Shown: one piece after another, positions 1 to 6,835 of the stretch | Position numbering within the stretch: position 1 is the stretch's first letter | Layout: each line of letters begins with the position of its first letter | From: a bacterium | GTDB taxonomy: Bacteria; Bacteroidota; Bacteroidia; Bacteroidales; Bacteroidaceae | Direction of reading: 5' to 3' | Assembly: GCA_963656685.1 (NCBI GenBank) | Contig: CAVKJJ010000005.1 | Coordinates: 13,461-37,460 of the forward strand | DNA length: 24,000 nt | Program-made: the position numbers and the translations under genes | The notes under the pieces: model-generated | Database searches by the model: none | What the model saw: only the letters and a program-made list of their open reading frames with translations | What the model was told of the DNA's origin: nothing

Positions 1-1
1 T

Positions 2-538
2 CCCCAAACGGAGCAACACATACGCCAACTCCAAGCAGAAGGCAAAGCCGACGACATACGCCTCGTCGTAAAGTCCACACCTAGCTCCATGCACAGTTTC
101 TATGAGATAAGCCCATATCTCACCGATGCGCCGTTCTGCCTCACCACCGTCGACACGATATTTCGCGAAGACGAGTTTGCCACATACATCCGCCGTTTCC
201 GCGAATTCCAAGGAGACGGATGCATGGCCGTAACAGACTACATCGATGACGAAAAGCCGCTCTACGTTGGCACAGACAACGAGTTACACATCACTGGATT
301 TCACGACACCAACGAAGGAGATCGCTTCATTTCCGGAGGAATCTATGCCTTGCGCCCCTCCGCAATAGGAACACTCCGCCGATGCATTGAAAGCGGGCAA
401 AGCCGAATGCGCAACTTCCAACGTGCATTAGTCGCAGACGGACTAAGCCTCACGGCCTATCCGTTCTCTAAAATTCTCGACGTTGACCACGCATCAGACA
501 TTGCTAAGGCCGAATACTTTCTCCTAAGTAAGGCGTAA
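2..538 (+). CDS. Nucleotidyltransferase (NTP-transferase fold), C-terminal part; the gene starts left of the window
   Basis: Frame 2 is open from position 2, with no stop before the listed Met at 89, so the ORF is 5'-truncated by the window edge. The translation (LVVKSTPSSMHSFYEI...TTVDTIF...ISGGIYALRPSAI...ILDVDHASDIAKAE) resembles the C-terminal half of sugar- or alcohol-phosphate cytidylyl/nucleotidyl-transferases. The substrate cannot be assigned from sequence. Confidence 0.65.
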   Translation, partial: PQTEQHIRQLQAEGKADDIRLVVKSTPSSMHSFYEISPYLTDAPFCLTTVDTIFREDEFATYIRRFREFQGDGCMAVTDYIDDEKPLYVGTDNELHITGFHDTNEGDRFISGGIYALRPSAIGTLRRCIESGQSRMRNFQRALVADGLSLTAYPFSKILDVDHASDIAKAEYFLLSKA

Positions 539-582
539 ACAAGCCACGCCGTTCATACAGCCCTTTCTAGAACCCACCACTC

Positions 583-1455
583 ATGAACATACTTGGCATT
601 AGCCGTTCTCACCGCTTCAGCCCCAATTCTACAGGACGCGACGAGGCCATATTTATGGCAGTAGCCAGCCGACTCAACCGCCGACACGATGTGAGCATCA
701 TCAGCGAAGACCTCTTCGTAGCAGTTGACCTCAAAGAGTTCGACCTCGTGTATTCCATGGCACGCGGAACGGATGTTCTCCAAGCCCTTTCCAAGGAGGA
801 AAGCGAACACGGGCTGAAGGTCGTCAACTCCCCGACAGCGCTACTGAAAAACAACCGATGCGAACTCTACGAAACGTTGCGCAAAGCCTCCATTCCCCAA
901 CCCGCTTCGTTGCCCATATGCCCAACATCAGCCGAAGCCACGACCATAGCGAGCAAACTTGGATTTCCCCTTTGGATCAAACGTGGCGATGCTTGCGCAC
1001 AGTCGGCCAGCGATGTATGCTTCGTCGAAAGCGAGGCGCACTTGAAGGAATGCCTAGCTACGTTCAAAGGAAAAGACATACTTAGTGCACTAGCCGTAAG
1101 CCACATTGAGGGAGACCTCGTAAAATTCTACGGTGTAGAAGGCACAGATTTCTTCAACTACTCCTACCCTACTGCCGACAATGGGTTCAGCAAATTCGGT
1201 CTAGAGCAACACAACGGAAAGGCGCGTCATTTTGAATTTGACGAATATCAACTCCATCAACTAGCCACACGCTCAGCTCAAGCATCAGGCATTACGGTCT
1301 ACGGAGGCGATGCCATTATTTCCGAAGAAGGCAACATCACAATTATTGACTTCAACGATTGGCCTAGTTTTTCCTCTTGCCGTAAGGAAGCCACAAAGCA
1401 CATAGCAACCCGTCTGGAAAAGGAAGGCGAAAACATTCACATCCATAAAAGATAA
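583..1455 (+). CDS. ATP-grasp domain protein (ligase or kinase type; ITPK1-like D-x-N metal motif)
   Basis: 290-aa ORF starting 44 nt after the upstream gene. It has ATP-grasp hallmarks: GFPLWIKRGD (phosphate-binding Lys region) and the C-terminal GITVYGGDAIISEEGNITIIDFNDWPSF. The metal-ligand triad is D243/D256/N258, that is Asp-x-Asn rather than the usual Glu-x-Asn. Confidence 0.7.
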   Translation: MNILGISRSHRFSPNSTGRDEAIFMAVASRLNRRHDVSIISEDLFVAVDLKEFDLVYSMARGTDVLQALSKEESEHGLKVVNSPTALLKNNRCELYETLRKASIPQPASLPICPTSAEATTIASKLGFPLWIKRGDACAQSASDVCFVESEAHLKECLATFKGKDILSALAVSHIEGDLVKFYGVEGTDFFNYSYPTADNGFSKFGLEQHNGKARHFEFDEYQLHQLATRSAQASGITVYGGDAIISEEGNITIIDFNDWPSFSSCRKEATKHIATRLEKEGENIHIHKR

Positions 1456-1503
1456 GAACGAAAGAACAACTTTTACGTTGTTACCCGCTCAACTATTCAC
1501 TAA

Positions 1504-2451
1504 ATGACTCAAGAAACTTCCCCTAGCAAACTCGAATCCACATTCAAGTCGCAAGACACTGAAGAGTGGCTCGACATACATTTCACCCGTCCACTCGGAC
1601 TCTTGTGGGCACTCTTCTTCAAACGTCTGCACATACATCCCAACGTGGTAACCATTCTCAGCATCATACTTGGCGCAGCAGCCGGCGTGATGTTCTACTT
1701 CGAAGACATCCGGCTGACCGTCATCGGCATTCTTCTTCTCGTTTGGGCAAACCTCTACGACAGCGCAGACGGCCAGTTGGCCCGTATGACGGGACAAAAG
1801 ACACAATGGGGACGCATTCTCGACGGTTTTGCCGGCGACGTATGGTTCTTCACCATCTATGCAGCCATCTGCCTTCGTTTGCAAGGAAAATTTATCCCCG
1901 GAACAGAAACGTATTGGGGAATATGGATTTGGCTCATGGCTGCAGTGTCAGGATTCATTTTCCACGGAAAGCAGTGTCAGCTTGCCGACTACTACCGCAA
2001 CATTCACCTCTTCTTCATTAAAGGAAAGAACGGAAGTGAACTCGACAACTACGCTACAATTCACGCCGAATGGAAGCAACTGTCATGGAGCAAGAGCTTC
2101 GTTTGGAAAGTATTTCTTTACTTCTATGGCAACTATACTCGTTCGCAAGAGAAGATGACGCCGCGTTTCCAAACGTTCAAGGCATTACTAGACAAGAATT
2201 TTGCCGCATCCGGCATTCCCACCGATTTCAGAGCTAAGTTTCGCAACGGAAGCCTTCCGCTTATAAAATATGCCAACATCCTCACGTTCAACACACGCGC
2301 CATTGTGCTCTACATCACTCTGCTCATCGCAGAGCCTTGGCTATACTTCGTTTTCGAAATTGTAGTAATGAACGCGCTCTTCTACTACATGAGAGCACGC
2401 CACGAATCGCTCTGCTTCCAATTAACAAAGGAGCTACAGAACGACAAATAA
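1504..2451 (+). CDS. CDP-alcohol phosphatidyltransferase family membrane protein
   Basis: 315-aa polytopic hydrophobic protein. Residues 86-112 read DSADGQLARMTGQKTQWGRILDGFAGD (nt 1759-1839). This matches D-x2-D-G-x2-A-R-x8-G-x3-D, but the final Asp sits one residue later than in the canonical D-x3-D. Confidence 0.85.
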   Translation: MTQETSPSKLESTFKSQDTEEWLDIHFTRPLGLLWALFFKRLHIHPNVVTILSIILGAAAGVMFYFEDIRLTVIGILLLVWANLYDSADGQLARMTGQKTQWGRILDGFAGDVWFFTIYAAICLRLQGKFIPGTETYWGIWIWLMAAVSGFIFHGKQCQLADYYRNIHLFFIKGKNGSELDNYATIHAEWKQLSWSKSFVWKVFLYFYGNYTRSQEKMTPRFQTFKALLDKNFAASGIPTDFRAKFRNGSLPLIKYANILTFNTRAIVLYITLLIAEPWLYFVFEIVVMNALFYYMRARHESLCFQLTKELQNDK

Positions 2452-2505
2452 CAACCAAACTCTCAACCGTGCTCCAATGTGGCAAAGCACGCATAATCCT
2501 TACTT

Positions 2506-3615
2506 GTGCCCAGCAACCTACCGCTACAAGGAAAGATTGCAGCACGCGATACCTCCAACACCTTGAAACCTCTTTTTCGCAACATTTTCCTTTTGTTCGG
2601 CATAGCAGCCATTGTAGTTATGCTTTGCAAATTTCCTGTCAACTACAATGAGATAGGAAATAACATACGCCTTATGGGCCTTTACTTGCCGGCAGTTGTT
2701 GGCGTTTGGATCTTTGTCTATGCCTTCAACGCCTGGGCTTTCCAGATTATCGTCAACAACGGTACGCACGACAAGCACCTATCCTTTCGCCATGCCTACA
2801 AACTCACCGTGTCGGGGTTTGCTTTTAGCTACACCACTCCTTTCGGCTTTGGCGGAGGACCTTACCGCGTGATGGAACTTAGTGCCTTCATCGGAGTGCC
2901 ACGCGCCATGTCCTCCGTGGTGCTCTATTCCATGATGCATATCCTTTCCCACATATGCCTTTGGAGCACTGCTGTAGTGGTGTTCGCCCTTGCCTACACC
3001 GAAAAGATGACGCCATTCCTTTGGTGGCTCTTTGTCGGCTATTTTGTGCTTCTTCTCGCTGTGCTGTTTGTCTTCAACCTTTGCTACAAGAAAGGAGTCA
3101 TCGTAAAACTCTTCACCCCCTTGCTTCACGTTCCCTTCGCAAAGAAATGGGCAAGAAAGTTCTACGACAAAAACATCGACTCCATGCGCAAAGTCGACGA
3201 GAACATTGCATACCTGCGTTCACAACCTCGCGCTTTTTGGCTTTCACTCCTCTTCGAATATGTAGCTCGCGTAATCAATTCGCTCGAATATTACTTCATT
3301 CTACTCTCCCTCGGTGTCAGCCTTGACTTTTGGGACGCACTTCTTGTCCTCGCCTTCTCATCACTCATCGGCAACCTGCTTTTCTTCCTCCCTATGCAGC
3401 TCGGTGCACGAGAAGGCGGTCTTTCCGCAATTGTCAAGATTCTCGGGCTCAGTGCTCCTGGCATAGGCGTACTCACCTCCCTCTACACCCGCATACGCGA
3501 ACTCGTGTGGATTTTTATCGGTGTAGGACTTGTAAAAATCGGCAACAAAAACATCATGCGCGACGGAACATCTTCCCAATGCGATGACAATAAAACCGAA
3601 GCCAACAACAAATAA
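2506..3615 (+). CDS. Flippase-like membrane protein (lysyl-phosphatidylglycerol synthase TM-region / UPF0104 type), with no synthase domain
   Basis: 369-aa ORF with about 8 hydrophobic helices. It carries family-typical segments (TTPFGFGGGPYRVMEL; LLFFLPMQLGAREGGL). The start is uncertain: the track start at 2506 is GTG, and the first internal ATG (2620) would cut the first helix. Confidence 0.65.
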   Translation: MPSNLPLQGKIAARDTSNTLKPLFRNIFLLFGIAAIVVMLCKFPVNYNEIGNNIRLMGLYLPAVVGVWIFVYAFNAWAFQIIVNNGTHDKHLSFRHAYKLTVSGFAFSYTTPFGFGGGPYRVMELSAFIGVPRAMSSVVLYSMMHILSHICLWSTAVVVFALAYTEKMTPFLWWLFVGYFVLLLAVLFVFNLCYKKGVIVKLFTPLLHVPFAKKWARKFYDKNIDSMRKVDENIAYLRSQPRAFWLSLLFEYVARVINSLEYYFILLSLGVSLDFWDALLVLAFSSLIGNLLFFLPMQLGAREGGLSAIVKILGLSAPGIGVLTSLYTRIRELVWIFIGVGLVKIGNKNIMRDGTSSQCDDNKTEANNK

Positions 3616-3635
3616 GAGACTTCACTTTCCCCTAT

Positions 3636-4352
3636 ATGCAACATCTCCATGCCCTACTCTTCGACTATGGCGGCACACTTGACACTGCTGCCAGCCATTG
3701 GTCCTACGTTCTGGAAGAAGGCTACCGCCAAGCCGGCATCCATTTGTCAGAAGCCGACTTCCGCACAGCCTATGTCTTTGCGGAACGCGCATTGGCAAAA
3801 ACGCCCATCATCAAGCCGGACTTCACCTTCAAGCGTCTACTAGAAGAGAAAGTACGCTTGGAATTGCAAAACCTTTCAGCACAAGGCGTATGGAACTTTG
3901 CTTCCAACGAGGAGCAGAGCAACACAATAGACCGCATAGCCTCCTTCTGCGACCAATTTGCACAAGAACACGTAGAGTTGTCGCGCCGCACGCTTGAAGA
4001 ACTCCACAAAAAATACAAACTTATCATGGTTTCCAATTTCTACGGAAACCTCCCCACCATCCTCCGAACTTATGGCATAGCCCATCTCTTCGATGCCGTA
4101 GTAGAAAGCGCTGTTGTAGGTGTGCGCAAGCCCAATCCCGGAATCTGGAACCTCGGTGTAAAAGCTGCCCAGTGCGAAGCTTGCGAAACAATGGCTATCG
4201 GCGACAGTTTCTCAAAAGATATTATACCGGCTCACTCCATTGGTTGCCAAACGGTATGGTTCAAAGGAAAAGAATGGGAAGAAAAAGAATACGACGAAAC
4301 GCTTCCAACTCACATCATTTCCTCTCTGAAAGAACTTACCGACCTTCTATAG
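3636..4352 (+). CDS. HAD-superfamily hydrolase (phosphatase-like)
   Basis: The four HAD motifs are visible: LLFDYGGTLD (motif I, second Asp replaced), IMVSNF (II), RKPNPGIW (III Lys) and IGDSFSKDI (IV). It starts 20 nt after the upstream gene. Confidence 0.85.
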   Translation: MQHLHALLFDYGGTLDTAASHWSYVLEEGYRQAGIHLSEADFRTAYVFAERALAKTPIIKPDFTFKRLLEEKVRLELQNLSAQGVWNFASNEEQSNTIDRIASFCDQFAQEHVELSRRTLEELHKKYKLIMVSNFYGNLPTILRTYGIAHLFDAVVESAVVGVRKPNPGIWNLGVKAAQCEACETMAIGDSFSKDIIPAHSIGCQTVWFKGKEWEEKEYDETLPTHIISSLKELTDLL

Positions 4353-4393
4353 AGTTTACCCCTTAGGTGATATTATCTTCAAAATGCGAGTTT

Positions 4394-4747
4394 ATGAAAA
4401 TCATCTACAACAAGGTCATCCCTTTCGGAAAAGACTTCTACGCCATCAACCTCTTCGGCATTCTTTTCGCTAAAGGTCCATGCGATGAAGTCACACTAAA
4501 CCACGAAAGCATCCACACAGCGCAAATGAAAGAATGGGGTTACATCCCTTACTATCTGTTTTACTGCATTGAATGGCTCATTCGCATCATTCAATACAAA
4601 GGTTACACTCGCGGATATTTCAACATCTCTTTCGAACGCGAAGCATACGCCAACCAATACAACCTTCGTTACCTAAAAGAGCGCAGACATTATGCCTCAC
4701 TACATTATCTGCGAAAACGGCCCGATTGCCCTGAGTTTTCATTATAG
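4394..4747 (+). CDS. Small conserved hypothetical protein with an HExxH motif (putative metal-dependent hydrolase-like)
   Basis: The ATG at 4394 (MKIIYNKVIPFGKDF...) is preferred over the GTG at 4367. It contains NHESIHTAQ (HExxH) followed by FEREAY. This is the last co-directional ORF after the HAD gene, with a 41-nt gap. Confidence 0.5.
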   Translation: MKIIYNKVIPFGKDFYAINLFGILFAKGPCDEVTLNHESIHTAQMKEWGYIPYYLFYCIEWLIRIIQYKGYTRGYFNISFEREAYANQYNLRYLKERRHYASLHYLRKRPDCPEFSL

Positions 4748-4755
4748 AAGCTGCG

Positions 4756-4826
4756 TGCAAAAAGCAAGGCATCGTGTAGAAAATCCAAGGCACGGTGTAC
4801 GAAATGAAAGGCATGTATGTGAGTCG
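4756..4826. repeat. Three tandem ~21-bp units, each an A-tract followed by an AAGGCAY core
   Basis: AAGGCAT at 4766, AAGGCAC at 4787 and AAGGCAT at 4808 give an exact 21-nt spacing. Each core is preceded by an A-run (gcaaaaag, agaaaatcc, cgaaatga). The same unit type recurs at 18282-18351. Confidence 0.6.
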
Positions 4827-4890
4827 TTCATGAAATATTGCAATACAACGGATATCAATATCCCTTGATATTATGCTTTTCTTCGCGCGC

Positions 4891-5058
4891 ACGCGCGTAT
4901 ACAGAAAGTTTGTGCAAACAACCTTCAGCCTTCAGCCGCAGTAGATGTTTTACCAGAAATCTATACTTGTTCGAGTTTCTTGGAGAAGACTTTTCTATGT
5001 TGTGGTCTATAAGGCTGAAGGCTGAAGGTTGTTTGCACAAACTTTGGTGTATGCGTGT
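4891..5058. repeat. Long inverted repeat / hairpin-forming element (33-bp perfect arms, imperfect 12-bp extension)
   Basis: 4905-4937 (aaagtttgtgcaaacaaccttcagccttcagcc) is the exact reverse complement of 5013-5045. After a small internal loop, 4891-4902 pairs with 5047-5058 (9 Watson-Crick pairs plus 3 T:G positions). A 75-nt spacer lies between the arms. Confidence 0.85.
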
Positions 5059-5182
5059 AATGCACATGCAAAGAGAACCATTCAGTACACTTTTCACATG
5101 TAAGAACAGAACCATGAAAGGAAATTACATTTTAAAGATGATATAACCCGTTCTAAGCGAAGCGACGTTTAAGCACCTTGTG

Positions 5183-5226
5183 GAAATTATCTACGAGCCC
5201 AACATGTTGGGCTCGTAGATAATTTC
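5183..5226. repeat. 44-nt perfect palindrome
   Basis: gaaattatctacgagcccaaca | tgttgggctcgtagataatttc is self-complementary over all 44 nt. The flanks accttg (5175-5180) and caaggt (5229-5234) extend the pairing after a 2x2 mismatch. Neither strand has an adjacent U-tract. Confidence 0.85.
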
Positions 5227-5340
5227 AGCAAGGTACACCAATTCAGAGAGGCGCTTATTACGGATTATACGCTTGCTATAACTCACAAGTTTATGCGCAC
5301 ACATAGTGCAGAACATACCCTTCAGCTACCGACGCGAATA

Positions 5341-5387
5341 TTAGAAAAGCGCCCCCTATGATAATTGTTCATCACCATAGAGGGCGC
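5341..5387 (-). terminator. Rho-independent terminator of glyA
   Basis: On the minus strand, gcgccctctatggtgat-gaaca-attatcatagggggcgc forms a stem of about 17 bp (some G.U pairs). TTTTCTAA follows, 26 nt after the glyA stop. Confidence 0.8.
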
Positions 5388-5412
5388 GATATTGTAACCA
5401 CATAGAGTTTGT

Positions 5413-6693
5413 TTAGTAAGCAAACAAGGGATAGCTTTCCATTGTTTCGTTTACCTTTCGACGCACATCGGCAATGACACTTTCGTCCGTCGGATTATTG
5501 AGCACACGTTCAATGAGTTCGGCGATGAGCACCATAAGATCTTCCTTCGCACCACGCGTGGTGATAGCAGCTGTACCTAGACGGATGCCAGAAGTCTGGA
5601 ATGCAGAACGGTCATCGAAGGGTACCATATTCTTGTTGACAGTAATGTCCGCAGCAACCAAAGCATTCTCTGCTACCTTGCCTGTGAGTTCCGGATATTT
5701 CGGACGGAGATCTACGAGCATCGAGTGGTTGTCTGTTCCACCGCTCACAATGGCAAATCCGCGCTTTACTAATTCTTCGGCAAGACATTCAGCGTTTTTC
5801 TTAACCTGAAGAGCATATTCCTTAAACTCCGGCTGCAAAGCTTCGCCAAAGGCTACGGCTTTTGCGGCTATTACGTGTTCAAGCGGACCGCCTTGTTCTC
5901 CGGGGAAGACTGCGCTGTTGAGCAACTGACTCATCATTTTGATAACGCCTTTGGGAGTCTTCTTACCCCAAGGATTTTCGAAGTCTTTCCCCATGAGAAT
6001 CAAGCCTCCGCGCGGGCCACGCAGTGTCTTGTGGGTTGTAGTAGTCACAATGTGGGCGTATTTTACCGGATTATCAAGCAAGCCTGCTGCGATAAGTCCT
6101 GCAGGATGTGCCATGTCAACCATAAAAAGAGCGCCAACCTCATCGGCAATAGCACGCATTCTTGCATAGTCCCACTCTCGGCTGTAGGCAGAACCACCGC
6201 CAATAATGAGTTTGGGCTTATGTTCCAAAGCGAGACGTTCCATCTCGTCGTAGTCTATGCGGCCCGTCTTCGGATCTAAATTATAACCAATGGGATGATA
6301 GAGGATGCCGCTAGTATTAACAGCGGAACCATGGGAGAGATGACCACCATGGGCGAGATTAAGGCCCATAAAGGTATCACCTGGGTTAAGTACAGTGAGG
6401 AGAACAGCGGCATTGGCCTGTGCGCCGGAGTGAGGCTGCACGTTGGCGTACTCTGCACCGAAGAGTTTTTTTGCACGTTCTATGGCCAACGTTTCCACTT
6501 GGTCTACCACCCCGCATCCGCCATAGTAGCGATGTCCAGGATAGCCTTCGGCGTATTTGTTGGTCAGGCAGGAGCCCATGGCGCGCAGCACTTCGTCGCT
6601 GACAAAGTTCTCTGACGCAATTAATTCAATGCCGCGCAACTGGCGACGACGTTCAGCCTCTACGAGCTGAAAGATTTGTGTGTCTCTTTCCAT
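5413..6693 (-). CDS. glyA: Serine hydroxymethyltransferase
   Basis: 426 aa of full-length SHMT-like sequence, including the PLP-lysine motif [15 protein letters not shown]. Confidence 0.97.
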   Translation of the reverse strand: MERDTQIFQLVEAERRRQLRGIELIASENFVSDEVLRAMGSCLTNKYAEGYPGHRYYGGCGVVDQVETLAIERAKKLFGAEYANVQPHSGAQANAAVLLTVLNPGDTFMGLNLAHGGHLSHGSAVNTSGILYHPIGYNLDPKTGRIDYDEMERLALEHKPKLIIGGGSAYSREWDYARMRAIADEVGALFMVDMAHPAGLIAAGLLDNPVKYAHIVTTTTHKTLRGPRGGLILMGKDFENPWGKKTPKGVIKMMSQLLNSAVFPGEQGGPLEHVIAAKAVAFGEALQPEFKEYALQVKKNAECLAEELVKRGFAIVSGGTDNHSMLVDLRPKYPELTGKVAENALVAADITVNKNMVPFDDRSAFQTSGIRLGTAAITTRGAKEDLMVLIAELIERVLNNPTDESVIADVRRKVNETMESYPLFAY

Positions 6694-6771
6694 AGATAAG
6701 ATATTTATCGTTCAAGGTCTTTTGCCAAGAGAGTCGTATGAACCAGTAGCAAAAGTTTGTGGTTACTTTAT

Positions 6772-6825
6772 TCTGAAAAGCAAAAGAACGTAAGCGGCGG
6801 ACTTTAATCTGCTGCTTACGTTCTT
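6772..6825 (-). terminator. Rho-independent terminator downstream of the flavin reductase-like gene
   Basis: On the minus strand, aagaacgtaagc...gcttacgttctt forms a 12-bp stem (6784-6795 / 6814-6825). TTGCTTTTC follows. Confidence 0.7.
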
Positions 6826-6835
6826 GTATCTTACA

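Noticed and set aside
1489-2158. Overlapping ORFs 1489-1884 (minus), 1566-2021 (+) and 1829-2158 (+)
   Set aside because: They lie inside the CDP-alcohol phosphatidyltransferase gene in other frames. They are Arg/Ser/His-rich translations without motifs.
4756-4826. Possibility that the 21-bp repeats are a CRISPR array
   Set aside because: The units are contiguous with no spacers, shorter than CRISPR repeats, only three in number and degenerate. No cas genes are in the window.
4883-4898. Alternating CG tract (cgcgcgcacgcgcg)
   Set aside because: It is short, and it is absorbed into the imperfect outer stem of the 4891-5058 inverted repeat. It is not a separate feature.
4838-5146. 102-aa + ORF and 86-aa minus ORF (4855-5115), both containing CKQPSAFS
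   Set aside because: The shared peptide is a mirror artefact of the 33-bp inverted repeat. The region is better explained as a non-coding structured element.
6694-6835. Possible riboswitch (for example ZTP or THF type) in the glyA leader
   Set aside because: I could not find the conserved ZTP pseudoknot or core sequences. The obvious hairpin is explained as the terminator of the upstream flavin reductase-like gene.
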